Part shown: piece after piece, positions 18,380 through 27,681 of the stretch | Numbering within the stretch: the first letter of the stretch is position 1 | How the letters are laid out: every line of letters starts with the position of its first letter | NCBI GenBank assembly: GCA_003009755.1 | Contig: PXUB01000007.1 | Span: 1-46,932, forward strand | Length of the DNA: 46,932 nucleotides | Direction: 5' to 3' | Origin: Thermoplasmatales archaeon SW_10_69_26 | Lineage (GTDB): Archaea; Thermoplasmatota; SW-10-69-26 | Translations under genes and position numbers: made by a program | Notes under the pieces: model-generated | Databases searched by the model: none | What the model was told of the DNA's origin: nothing | What the model saw: the letters and a program-made list of their open reading frames with translations, nothing else

Positions 18380-19762
18380 TCACTCGATCCTCTCTCCCCG
18401 GTGAGCACCCTCCCCCGCCACCCGCGCCCCGAACACCTGTGCCCGGTTCTCGCGTGCGTCGGCCCAGGCGGGGAACACGCCGGCCTCGCTGGCGGCGACG
18501 CCGGTGTAGTCGCCCAGCGTGACGGTGCCGTTGCCTTGCTCGTCGCCGGCGAAGGGGGTGAACGTCTCGTTCGAGACGGGTCCGGTGGGCGTGAAGTTCA
18601 GCGCCGGGCCCTCGGCGAGAGCGTGGTGGTAGGCGAACGTGGGTTCCTGGGGGTTGTGGCGAGCGTCGTACCAGGTGACGTGGAGGTTGCCGTCGGGATC
18701 GACGGTGGCCCAGGGGTAGAACTGGATGACGCCGTTGCCGGGCTCGTCGTCGTGGACGCGCACGGGATCGGTCCAGGTCTCGCCGGCATCCGGGCTGGCG
18801 GCAGCGAGCACGTCGGCGTCGCCGTGGGCGCTGTCGTGCCAGACGGCGTAGACGTCGGATCCGGTCTCGTCGGCGGCCAGCGCCGGCAGCGTGTGCATGC
18901 GCTGGTAGCGTTCGTAGGGGGCCACGGTGGCGACGGGCGCGATCGGTTCGGGATCGCTCCAGGTCTCGCCGTCGTCGGTGCTGGTGACGTGGTCGATCGT
19001 GTTCGCGTCGTAGTTGACCCAGATCATGTGCGCCTTCTCGGCGGTGAAGGCGATCTGGGTGCCGTTGGACTGCATGCCGCGGGAGACGACGCGGGGGTCG
19101 GTCCAGGAGTCGCCGCCGTCGGTGGAGCGCGAGTGCACGATCTCGCCGATGTCGGCGTCGACGCCGGCCTCCTGCTCGAGCTGGCGCAGCTGGTCGAGCG
19201 CCGGCTCCTGTTGCCAGGCGACGTGCAGGGTGCCGGTGCGCGGGTTGACGCCCAGCCACTCCTTGTCGTTGAACTCCGAGGCGACGTCGGACTCGTGCAC
19301 GATGTGCGTCTCCTCGAAGACCTGATCGCCGTCGGGGCTCTCGGCGACGAAGATCGCGCTCGTCGGGAGCACGGTCAGCCCGGCCAGGTACAAGGTGCCC
19401 TCGGGGCCGAAGGCGGGGACGGGGTCGCTGATGGCCTCGAAGGAGGGACCCTCGGGGGGCTGGCGGACCTCGTCGGCGGTGTAGCTGGTGGCGTTCCACG
19501 TCTGGCCGGCGTCGGTGGTCTCGTAGACGCCGAAGCCGTCCTCCTCGCTCGTGTCGCTGTTGGCTGCGGCGACGACGTGCGCGGGGTTGGTCGGGTCGGT
19601 CGCGACGGCGACCTCGCTGGCGGATCGGTCGCCGGGCGACAGTTGGGCCTCGCGGATCGGCTCCTCGGCGAGGTCGTCGGGCGCGTCGGCTTGGTCGGTG
19701 TCGAGGGCGCCCAGGCATCCGGACGAGAGGACGAGCAAAGCCAGGACGGCGATCCGGCGCAT
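18380..19762 (-). CDS. Sialidase-like/BNR (Asp-box) beta-propeller lipoprotein
   Basis: Lipobox SSGC. EVAVATDPTNP, SDPVPAF and DKEW; multiple STDGGDSW-type Asp boxes; GDYTGV. Start ATG 19762. Confidence 0.85.
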   Translation of the reverse strand: MRRIAVLALLVLSSGCLGALDTDQADAPDDLAEEPIREAQLSPGDRSASEVAVATDPTNPAHVVAAANSDTSEEDGFGVYETTDAGQTWNATSYTADEVRQPPEGPSFEAISDPVPAFGPEGTLYLAGLTVLPTSAIFVAESPDGDQVFEETHIVHESDVASEFNDKEWLGVNPRTGTLHVAWQQEPALDQLRQLEQEAGVDADIGEIVHSRSTDGGDSWTDPRVVSRGMQSNGTQIAFTAEKAHMIWVNYDANTIDHVTSTDDGETWSDPEPIAPVATVAPYERYQRMHTLPALAADETGSDVYAVWHDSAHGDADVLAAASPDAGETWTDPVRVHDDEPGNGVIQFYPWATVDPDGNLHVTWYDARHNPQEPTFAYHHALAEGPALNFTPTGPVSNETFTPFAGDEQGNGTVTLGDYTGVAASEAGVFPAWADARENRAQVFGARVAGEGAHRGERIE

Positions 19763-20048
19763 GGCGCGGAATCCGAGCCCGGGGATGAAGACGTTTGGCC
19801 CGCGGCCACAGGCCGGGGAGGGCGATCGGGGCGACGACGGCCGGCCCGTCCGGGGACGTGAGCACGTCGGCCGCCGTCGACAGATCCACGGCTCCGGCGT
19901 CGACGGCGGGTCATCGACCGATGCCATGGGGGTTACCCAGACGGGCGTCGGTAATGCTCTTGCAGTCTCGCACGGGGCCCGACGACCGGCGCTAAGCCCG
20001 GCTGGGGCGCCGGATGTGGGGATCTGTAGGGCCTCGAGGTGGTCGGGG

Positions 20049-20459
20049 TCAGGCGAGCAGGAACTGGAAGGCGCTGGGGTACTCGCGGGCGATCTGGATC
20101 GCTTGGGAGCGTGAAAGCCACAGCTTGCCCTCGCGCGGGCTGGTCTCGGTGACGTCGAGCTGGTCGACGGCGTCGATCGCCTCGTCGTGGGCGATGTAGG
20201 CGCCGGTCTCGGTCTGGTGGTCGAAGTAGATCGTGATCGGGAGCCGGAGGTTGGCGCGCACGAGCGGCGACAGCTCCTCGTCGAGCCGTTCGAGCGTCTC
20301 GGGGTCGAACTCGTGCTCTTCGCCGTCGCGGGTCGGGGCCGAGGGTTCGTCCTCGCTCAACAGCTCGCGCAGGCGTCGGCCCTTCGTGACGGTGGACTTG
20401 TTGACCTCGCGGACCTCGAGGTTCGTCCACCGCTCGAGGGTCTCCTCGTCGATCGTCAC
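20049..20459 (-). CDS. DUF61 (UPF0216) family archaeal protein
   Basis: LRELLSED..TRDGEEHEFDPETLERL and LRLPITI, ending YPSAFQF. Start probably GTG 20459. Confidence 0.75.
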   Translation of the reverse strand: MTIDEETLERWTNLEVREVNKSTVTKGRRLRELLSEDEPSAPTRDGEEHEFDPETLERLDEELSPLVRANLRLPITIYFDHQTETGAYIAHDEAIDAVDQLDVTETSPREGKLWLSRSQAIQIAREYPSAFQFLLA

Positions 20460-20615
20460 AAGGGATGGATGCGGGCGCCTTGGGTTTGGTTGTTGCGGGA
20501 GGGAGGTCACGGGAGGACCGGGGAAAGAGAGAGGCCCGGCAGAGGGACGGGCGACCGGCGCCCGTCTTAACGATGCGGCCCCAAACGGGAAGGAGTCACC
20601 GGCGGACGAGGCGGT

Positions 20616-21149
20616 GTGGACCCGAGAGCCGTCGCCGTGCTCGTGGTCGCCGTGGTGGCCGCCGGGGCCGGACTGGTGGCCCTCGCGCCGGACGAAGCCC
20701 AGGGCGTGGCGTCGGCCGGGGGGTCCGATCGGGCCGACGTGACGACCGCCCGGGGGACGGTGGAGATCACGGCGAACGCCGGCGCCGGGGGCTTCTCGGC
20801 GACGGCGGACGGGTGGACGGCCGTCGAGAGCCCCTTAGGCAACGTTACGAGGGTGCTCGTCGAGGCGGTGTACGACTCGGAGACCTCGCCGGCGGGGGGG
20901 AGCGGGATCGGGTTGACCGTGCGGACGACCGAGCCGTTGAACGAGACCACGCTCACCGGCGAGGGCGAGGTGGTTACGATGCGCGTGGCCGGGGCGGCCT
21001 TCGAGCATCGAGCGGGCGCCGATCTGCGCTTGTTGGCGTACGCGGACGAGGGCAGCCTGGTCGTGGACGAGACCGTGGACGTCCACGTGACCCTGTTCCG
21101 GGACGGACGGCCGGACTGGGACCGCCGCGGGTGGCCAGCCGGGGGCTAG
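20616..21149 (+). CDS. Membrane-anchored/secreted hypothetical protein
   Basis: N-terminal hydrophobic helix, beta-rich acidic body, TTAA box about 50 nt upstream. Confidence 0.55.
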   Translation: MDPRAVAVLVVAVVAAGAGLVALAPDEAQGVASAGGSDRADVTTARGTVEITANAGAGGFSATADGWTAVESPLGNVTRVLVEAVYDSETSPAGGSGIGLTVRTTEPLNETTLTGEGEVVTMRVAGAAFEHRAGADLRLLAYADEGSLVVDETVDVHVTLFRDGRPDWDRRGWPAGG

Positions 21150-22003
21150 AGCGTCGGGATGCGCGAGCTGTCCGTCGCCGGGTAGACCTCGTCCAGACGC
21201 TCGAGGTCCTCCGCGCGCAGCTCGATCTCGGCCGCGGCGAGGTTCTCCTCGAGGTGGTCGATCGAGCTGGTCTTCGGGATCGTGAAGACGTCCTCGTGGC
21301 GCAGCACCCAGGCCAGCATGACCTGGGCGATCGTGGCGCCGTGGTCGTCGGCGATCGCGGACAGCGCGTCGTGGGGTGGGGTGCCCTCGTCGGGGAACTC
21401 GGCCTGGCCCAGCGGCGAGTACGCCATCAGGGGGACCTCGCGCTCGCGCAGGCCGCCCAGCAGCTCGTTCTCGACGTTGCGGGAGCCCAGCCAGTAGAGC
21501 ACCTGGTCGGTGACGAGGTCGTGGTCGGGGCCCAGCGCCTCGTCGGCCGCGACGAACTGCTCCAGCGAGCAGTTGGAGACGCCCACCGATCGGACCAGGC
21601 CCTCGTCGAGCAGCTCGCGGAACCCGGCCATCGTCTCCTCGATCGGGTGGGAGCTGGGCCAGTGCAGCAGGTACAGGTCGAGGTGGTCGGTGTCGAGACG
21701 ACGCAGCGAGCGCTCGCAGGCCTCGACGGTGCCCTCGCGGTCTGCGTTGCGGGGCAGGATCTTGCTGGTGAGGAACACCTCCTCGCGGATGCCGTCGAGC
21801 GCCTCGCCGACGATCTCCTCGACGGTGCCGGAGCCGTACATCTCGGCCGTGTCGATCAGCGTGGCGCCCAGGTCGACGCCGTGGCGCAGCGTCTGGATGC
21901 AGTCCCGGCGGTCGTCCTGCTCCATCCGCCAGGTGCCCTGACCGATGCGGGGGACCCGATCGCCGGTGCCCGGGAGGGCGATCGTCGGCAGCTCGGCAGT
22001 CAT
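21146..22003 (-). CDS. Aldo/keto reductase
   Basis: IGQGTW, IDTAEMYG, SLRRLDTDHLDLYLLHWP, GVSN, AYSPLG and IPK motifs. Confidence 0.95.
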   Translation of the reverse strand: MTAELPTIALPGTGDRVPRIGQGTWRMEQDDRRDCIQTLRHGVDLGATLIDTAEMYGSGTVEEIVGEALDGIREEVFLTSKILPRNADREGTVEACERSLRRLDTDHLDLYLLHWPSSHPIEETMAGFRELLDEGLVRSVGVSNCSLEQFVAADEALGPDHDLVTDQVLYWLGSRNVENELLGGLREREVPLMAYSPLGQAEFPDEGTPPHDALSAIADDHGATIAQVMLAWVLRHEDVFTIPKTSSIDHLEENLAAAEIELRAEDLERLDEVYPATDSSRIPTL

Positions 22004-22114
22004 CGTCGAGTCACATGGGGCGGGCCATATGCTTGCTGGGGACGATAGGGTCGGCTCGCGCTAGGGCCAGTGGATCTCGTGCGGTTGAAGTACCAGCGAG
22101 CGGTCCCGTGGGCG

Positions 22115-23218
22115 ATGGCCGACCCCTCCCTGTCCTGGATGGCCCTCCTGCAGGCGCTGGAGATCCCGGGGATCCCCGCGCGGATCGTGCAGGTCCTCGA
22201 GGCGCTGGTGCTCGTCGCCGCGGGTGCCCTGCTCGGCTTCGCCGTCTTCCGGGCGATGGACGGGCTGGGCGAGAAGGCCCGGGACAGCCGGTTCCGGTTC
22301 GACGGCGTGTTCGTGCGGGTGCTGTCCCGTCCGCTGGCTGCGCTCGTCGTGTTGTTCGCTCTCCTGCACGCCGGCCGACGGATCGAGGGGCTCAGAGCCT
22401 GGATCGCTCGGTGGCCCGGCGTCGAGCAAGCCTTGCTCGTGCTGGCCGGGACGTGGGTCGTGGCCGACCTGATCAAGCAGACCGTGGAGGTCTACGGTCG
22501 CCCGCGGGTCGAGTCCACCGCCAGCGACTTCGACGACCGGCTGCTGGGCATCGTCGATCTGGCTGCCACGCTCATCGTGTGGATCGTCGGGGTTCTGCTG
22601 GCCCTGCACACGTTGGGCATCGCCATCACGCCCGTCCTGGCGAGCATGGGCGTCGCCGGGCTGGCGGTGGCGCTGGCGGTTCGGACGATCTTGAGCAACT
22701 TCTTCGGCGGTCTCGTCGTCACGGCGGATCCGACCCTGCAGCGCGGCCACCGGGTCGAGGTCGGCGAGTGGGTGGGCGACGTCGTCGACATCGGCCGGTA
22801 CAAGACGACGATCCGCACGCGGGAGAACCTGCTCGTCAGCTTGCCCAACGACCAGCTGATGCGGGAGACCGTCGTCAACCACAACCTGCCGGCTTCTCGC
22901 ACGCGGATGGAGATGACGGTCGGCGTCGACTACGAGGCCAACATCGAGACCGTCGAGCGCATCCTTCTGGAGATCGTGGAGGAGATCGAGGCCACCGTCG
23001 AGGAACCCGCGCCGGAGGCCAACGTGGCCGCCTTCGGGGAAAGCGCGATCGAGATCCAGATCCTGGCCTGGCAACAGCGGCCGCGCGAGAAGCGCCTCAC
23101 CCGGGACGAGGTGTACCGTGAGGTGCTGCGTCGCTTCGACGCGGAGGGCATCGAGATCCCCTATCCGCACATGGACGTGCGGTTCCCGGAGGGCCGGCCG
23201 GCGGATGAGGGCGGGTAG
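22115..23218 (+). CDS. mscS: Small-conductance mechanosensitive channel (MscS family)
   Basis: LASMGVAGLAVALAV..LSNFFGG, G.V.DIG.YKTTIRT, VGVDYE and GIEIPYP. TTGAAGTA box about 25 nt upstream of ATG 22115. Confidence 0.92.
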   Translation: MADPSLSWMALLQALEIPGIPARIVQVLEALVLVAAGALLGFAVFRAMDGLGEKARDSRFRFDGVFVRVLSRPLAALVVLFALLHAGRRIEGLRAWIARWPGVEQALLVLAGTWVVADLIKQTVEVYGRPRVESTASDFDDRLLGIVDLAATLIVWIVGVLLALHTLGIAITPVLASMGVAGLAVALAVRTILSNFFGGLVVTADPTLQRGHRVEVGEWVGDVVDIGRYKTTIRTRENLLVSLPNDQLMRETVVNHNLPASRTRMEMTVGVDYEANIETVERILLEIVEEIEATVEEPAPEANVAAFGESAIEIQILAWQQRPREKRLTRDEVYREVLRRFDAEGIEIPYPHMDVRFPEGRPADEGG

Positions 23219-23310
23219 CTGTCGGCCCGCTTGCGCCCGGCGGCGACGTTGCACCTGCACCAGTCGAAACCGAGGTTTTCATTAGGCGCCCGACGGGTCG
23301 CTCGGTTCCC

Positions 23311-23763
23311 ATGGGGATGCACAACAGCACCGACCGGCTGCGGAAGACGATCAACGCGCTGACGCACTTCTACGAGCAGCGCCACCAGCAGATGCAGGCC
23401 AAGCTGGGTCGCTACGAGCAGGCCTTCGACCCCGAGGTCGCCGAGTACACGGACAAGGACCCCGACGGCCCCTACTACGACTTCATCGAGGAGCTGTCCG
23501 AGGGCGTCGACCAGGTCTGCGAGGAGCTGGGCGTCGAGCTCGATCCCCTGCCGCCCGGCGACGTGGAGAACAAAAGCGACGAGCAGCTGATGGCCGGTGC
23601 TCGCCTCATGAAGTGGAACGTCGACGTCCACGACCGCGACAGCGGCCAGTTCATCGGTCGCTTCGAGTGGGCGATGTACCACCGCCACGACCGCTTCTCC
23701 ATCCCCGGTCCCGCCCAGCTCACCTACCTCAAGGCGCGCGGCGGGAACACGATGGTCGTGTAG
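23311..23763 (+). CDS. Hypothetical cytoplasmic protein
   Basis: 150-aa acidic ORF with host-like GC3 codon use. TTTTCATTA box upstream. No family recognised. Confidence 0.75.
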   Translation: MGMHNSTDRLRKTINALTHFYEQRHQQMQAKLGRYEQAFDPEVAEYTDKDPDGPYYDFIEELSEGVDQVCEELGVELDPLPPGDVENKSDEQLMAGARLMKWNVDVHDRDSGQFIGRFEWAMYHRHDRFSIPGPAQLTYLKARGGNTMVV

Positions 23764-23866
23764 GCGGTCCACCGAGCCGCAGCGATCGCCTCGCCCAGCG
23801 GCCGGACATCCCCTCTTCCTTCTCGATCCAGGCTTCCAGCCTCGCCGGTCCCGACCGGGCCCGGCC

Positions 23867-25342
23867 TCACTCCTGGGGCGGGGCCGGCGGCGCGCCGTCC
23901 ACTGGCGGAGTCTCGGCCTCGTCGTCGGCGGCCAGCCCGCGGCGGGCGCCGTACAAGCCGTACAGGATCAGGCCCACGCCCATCCAGGCTCCCCACTGCA
24001 GGAACGTCGGCACGTTGAGGCTGACGATCAAGGCGCCCAGACCGACGACCGCGCCGAGCACGACCAGCGGAGCGACCGGCACCTCGAAGGGACGGTCGAG
24101 GTCGGGGCGGACGTTGCGGAGGGCGAGGACGGCCAGGGAGATGACGAGGTAGACGAACAGGGTCGCCAGGCTGGTGAACGTGATCGCGTCCGCGATCGGG
24201 ATCAGGCCGGCACCGATCGCGGTGACGGCGCCGGTGAGGAGCGTCAGGCGGGCCGGCGTGGCGAAGCGCGGGTGGATCTTGCCCAGCCAGCCGGGCATCA
24301 TGTTGTCGCGCGAGAGCGCCATCAGGATGCGCGGGATACCGAGCTGGAACACGAGCAGCACGGTCGTCGTCGCGGCGACGCCGCCGAAGGCGACGAGGAT
24401 CGTCACGAAGTCGCCGTAGCCGACGGCCCGCAGGGCCTCGGCCAGCGCGGCCCCGCTCGGAGTCGTGCCGGGCGGGACGAGGGCGACGAAGACGAGGCTC
24501 ACGGCGACGTATATGAGCGCGGCGCCGACGAGCGAGCCGATGATGCCGATCGGCAGGTTGCGTTGCGGGTTCTTGGTCTCCTCTGCGGCGGCCGCCACGG
24601 CGTCGAACCCGATGAACGCGAAGAAGACGACCGCGGCCGCGCTCATGACCCCGCTGGCGCCGTTGGGCACGAAGTTCTCGGTCACGAGGCTGGCATCGGC
24701 CTTGAGGGCGCCCAGCGCGATGAAGGCGAACAGGACGCCGATCTTGAAGACCGTCAGGACGAGGTTGGTCGTCGCCGACTCGCGGACGCCGACGGCGAGC
24801 AGGACGGTGATGGCGGAGACGATCAGGAAGGCGGGCAGGTCGAAGATCGGCGTGAAGTCCAACCCGGAGGTGCCCGGGGCGGCGGTCAACGCTTGCGGGA
24901 TGTCGATCCCGATCGTCTGCAACGCGAGCTCGAGGTTGTCGCTCCAGGCGGCGGCGACGGCCACGTTGCCCACGAGGTACTCGGCGACGAGGTTCCACGC
25001 GATCAGCCAGGCGGCCAGTTGGCCGAGGCTGACGAACGCGTACGAGTAGGCCATGCCGCTGGCGGGCACGGCGGCGGACAGCTCTGCGTAGCAAAGCGCA
25101 GCGAAGATGCACGCGGTGGCCGCCACGATGTAGCTGATCGCGACGGCGGGCCCGGCCAGGATGGCGCCCTGGTCGACGGCGACGAAGATGCCGGCGCCGA
25201 TCATCGCGCCGAGGCCGAGGATGACGAGATCGAAAGCCGTCAGCGTGCGTTCGAGGTTGGATTCTTCGGCGTCGCGTGCCACGGCCTCGACGGACTTGCG
25301 ACGCAGGTAGCGCTCCAGAAGCGAGCCGTTCTCGCTGCCCAC
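23867..25342 (-). CDS. APC-family amino acid permease
   Basis: LGLGAMIGAGIF, AGPAV, ALCYAELS, FFAFIGFDAV..AAEETKNPQR, RILMALSRD and RPFEVP. About 12-13 TM helices. Start is uncertain. Confidence 0.95.
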   Translation of the reverse strand: MGSENGSLLERYLRRKSVEAVARDAEESNLERTLTAFDLVILGLGAMIGAGIFVAVDQGAILAGPAVAISYIVAATACIFAALCYAELSAAVPASGMAYSYAFVSLGQLAAWLIAWNLVAEYLVGNVAVAAAWSDNLELALQTIGIDIPQALTAAPGTSGLDFTPIFDLPAFLIVSAITVLLAVGVRESATTNLVLTVFKIGVLFAFIALGALKADASLVTENFVPNGASGVMSAAAVVFFAFIGFDAVAAAAEETKNPQRNLPIGIIGSLVGAALIYVAVSLVFVALVPPGTTPSGAALAEALRAVGYGDFVTILVAFGGVAATTTVLLVFQLGIPRILMALSRDNMMPGWLGKIHPRFATPARLTLLTGAVTAIGAGLIPIADAITFTSLATLFVYLVISLAVLALRNVRPDLDRPFEVPVAPLVVLGAVVGLGALIVSLNVPTFLQWGAWMGVGLILYGLYGARRGLAADDEAETPPVDGAPPAPPQE

Positions 25343-25437
25343 GGACGGGTCGGGGCAGGCCGGCTGGCCGGATAAGCGTGTCGCCCCGGTGGGGCTTTCC
25401 GCACGTTTCAAGGCCCCTCGGTTACGTCTTCACATGT

Positions 25438-25608
25438 ATGCCGCCGGCTTTGCTGCTCTTCGGGCTCCCGACCTGGGCCGCCGTCGTCCTGATCGGGCTG
25501 GTCCTGCTCGTGGTCGTGTTCGCGATCCTCAAGCGCCTGTTCAAGCTGGCGCTCATCGTCGGAGCCGTCGCCGCCGGCGTCTGGCTTGGCCTGCGGCTCG
25601 TCGGCTGA
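25438..25608 (+). CDS. Small membrane protein
   Basis: Two hydrophobic helices separated by LKRLFK. Confidence 0.6.
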   Translation: MPPALLLFGLPTWAAVVLIGLVLLVVVFAILKRLFKLALIVGAVAAGVWLGLRLVG

Positions 25609-25644
25609 TCGCCCCGTAGCGGCGAGGGAGCGCCCCCGCGACCG

Positions 25645-25842
25645 TCAGGCGTCGGGGTTGGCTTCGGGCTCGTTGCGCTCGGCCGCGTCCTCGATCTCCT
25701 GGATGACCTCGTGCCTGTTCGCGGACTCGGGGATCCGGTTGATCGCGGGCATGGTCTCCAGGCGCTCGTCGCAGAAGGTGAGGAACGCGTCGATGTCCTC
25801 TTCGGGGACGAGGACACGAGCCTCCACGTATTCGGTACCCAT
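25645..25842 (-). CDS. Small acidic hypothetical protein (65 aa)
   Basis: MGTEYVEARVLVPEEDIDAFLTFCDERLE... with host-like codon use and a TTGAAGTA box about 25 nt upstream. Confidence 0.65.
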   Translation of the reverse strand: MGTEYVEARVLVPEEDIDAFLTFCDERLETMPAINRIPESANRHEVIQEIEDAAERNEPEANPDA

Positions 25843-25938
25843 CACCGGCGGCACTGCCCCCTGGTACTTCAACGTTGCCAGTGAACCCCCAGGGGTGGCC
25901 AGGGCAGGACTGATGCCCACGCTCAGGGTTGGGTCCCC

Positions 25939-27411
25939 GTGTCCTCGCCCCCGCCCGACGTCGTCCTCGGCCAAGGCGCGCTCGGCACGCTGATGGCCAC
26001 CGTCCTCGCCGGCTCGCGCGACGTTCACGTCGTCTCTGGCCGGGTGGACGAGCCCGAGACGGTCACGTTGTCGGCCGAGGGACGCGGCTGGGATCGCCAA
26101 GCCCAGGTCCAGCTCACACCGAAGCCGCCGGACCGCGCTCGGCTGGCCGTCGTGGCCACGCGGACCGACGAAGCCCTCCAGCGCGCCCGGTCCATCGAAG
26201 CGATCGTGGACGAGGAGGGCGCGATCGTGCCCGTCCAGAACGGGCTCGCGAGCCTCGCCATCGCCGACGAGTTGGGTCACGACCGCGTGGTGCCGGCGAT
26301 CGTGGGCTTCAACGCGCGGTTGGAGACCCCGCGATCGGTGTACGTCACCTCGCCGGGCGAGATCGCGGTGGGGACCCTCGACGAGGCGGCCCGACCCGGT
26401 CTGGCGGCCTTCGCCGGGGCCGTCGAGCGACCGCTGGGCATCCATCCGACGACGAACGTCGCGGGAGCGGTCTGGGGCAAGTGGTGCGTCTCGTGCGCGA
26501 TCAACGGGCTCGCCGTCGTCGCCGGCACTGGCGTCGGCGGGATCACGCGCCGCCGGGAGGGCCGCGAGGCCTTGGTGGGCGTCCTGACCGAGTGCACGGA
26601 GGTCGCCGAGGCCGAGGACGTCGATCTCGAGCGCGTGGCGGGCCCGCTGGCGCCGGACACGCTGGCCGGCAACGCGACTTCGGGGCTGGGCGGAGCCTTC
26701 CGCCGAGGCCTCGTGTGGCTGATCGGCCGCCGCTACCAGGCGGTGCGGCCCTCGTCGTTGGAAGCCTTGGAGGGTGGCCGCGACCCGGAGCTGGGCGCGT
26801 TGAACGCCTCCGCCGTCGAGCGCGGCGAGGCGGCCGGCGTCCCGACGCCTTGGAACCGGGCGACGCTGGCCGTCGGCCGACAGATCGTCGACGGCGGGCG
26901 GAGAGGCTCAGACGAGCGGTCGGCGCTCGACGTCCGGAACGGCGTCGAGATCGGGATCGTCGGAGACGACGGTGTGGACGCCGTGGTTGAGGGCCACGGA
27001 CGCGTGGATGGCATCGCGGGGGTCCAGGCGTTCGTGGTCCTCCATCATCGCCAGGGAGTCGAAGACATCCGTCGCTGCCACGTCGAAGACCTCCAGGTTG
27101 GGGAAGGCCAGCAACCGTTGGCCCTCGCGGACCGCGACCTCGCGCGGGCCCTCCCCTTGGAGGACCCAGACGACCTCGTCGATCGTCAGCGAGGAGGTGG
27201 CTGCCCTGTCGTCCTCCGTGGCGATGGATCGCAGCAGCTCGCGGGCCTTGTCGCCCCGCGAGCCCTCGTCGAGGGCCGCGAAGACGAAGACGGTCGCATC
27301 GAGGTAGCGCAGCTTCACCCCTCCCGCCGGGCTTCGCCGAACCGGTCGCGGAACCGGTCGCCTTGCTGGCGGTCCCAGTCGACCTCCTCCGGCAGGGAGC
27401 GTTTCTCGTAG
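25939..27411 (+). CDS. Ketopantoate reductase (PanE/ApbA family); homology ends ~26900 and the frame then runs on antisense through vapC
   Basis: VVLGQGALG (Rossmann), PVQNG, WGKWCVSCAIN, PSSL and E.GALN motifs. Confidence 0.8.
   Translation: MSSPPPDVVLGQGALGTLMATVLAGSRDVHVVSGRVDEPETVTLSAEGRGWDRQAQVQLTPKPPDRARLAVVATRTDEALQRARSIEAIVDEEGAIVPVQNGLASLAIADELGHDRVVPAIVGFNARLETPRSVYVTSPGEIAVGTLDEAARPGLAAFAGAVERPLGIHPTTNVAGAVWGKWCVSCAINGLAVVAGTGVGGITRRREGREALVGVLTECTEVAEAEDVDLERVAGPLAPDTLAGNATSGLGGAFRRGLVWLIGRRYQAVRPSSLEALEGGRDPELGALNASAVERGEAAGVPTPWNRATLAVGRQIVDGGRRGSDERSALDVRNGVEIGIVGDDGVDAVVEGHGRVDGIAGVQAFVVLHHRQGVEDIRRCHVEDLQVGEGQQPLALADRDLARALPLEDPDDLVDRQRGGGCPVVLRGDGSQQLAGLVAPRALVEGREDEDGRIEVAQLHPSRRASPNRSRNRSPCWRSQSTSSGRERFS
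26908..27318 (-). CDS. vapC: PIN-domain toxin (VapC family)
   Basis: YLDATVF, TIDEV, PRDAIHAS and VSDDPDLD form the PIN acidic tetrad. GTGA overlap with the antitoxin. Confidence 0.92.
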   Translation of the reverse strand: MKLRYLDATVFVFAALDEGSRGDKARELLRSIATEDDRAATSSLTIDEVVWVLQGEGPREVAVREGQRLLAFPNLEVFDVAATDVFDSLAMMEDHERLDPRDAIHASVALNHGVHTVVSDDPDLDAVPDVERRPLV

Positions 27412-27584
27412 GCAGTGAGGAAGGCGTCGAGGAGCTCCTCGGGATCGACCTTCTCGACGAGGATGCGTCCCTCTTCGATCCGGAACCGGACCTTGTCACC
27501 GGGTTGGATGCCCATCTGATCCCGGATCGGTTTCGGGATCACCGCCTGCCCCCGGGCTCCGACCTTGGCATCGAGCTCGATCAT
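27315..27584 (-). CDS. AbrB/MazE/SpoVT-family antitoxin
   Basis: KVGARGQAVIPKPIRDQMGIQPGDKVRF; ATG 27584. Confidence 0.92.
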   Translation of the reverse strand: MIELDAKVGARGQAVIPKPIRDQMGIQPGDKVRFRIEEGRILVEKVDPEELLDAFLTAYEKRSLPEEVDWDRQQGDRFRDRFGEARREG

Positions 27585-27609
27585 ACGACCACGTATGAAC
27601 TCTTCATAC
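27581..27609 (-). promoter_or_regulatory. Overlapping inverted repeats: likely autorepression operator of the AbrB-VapC pair
   Basis: GTATGAA-ctc-TTCATAC (27593-27609) and TCATACG-acca-CGTATGA (27581-27598), directly at the antitoxin start. Confidence 0.65.
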
Positions 27610-27681
27610 TTACCAGTTGTACGCAGGGGTGGCCCGCTCGATGCCGCAGCCTTCATCCCGTCCTCCACGCTGCCCGACGTG

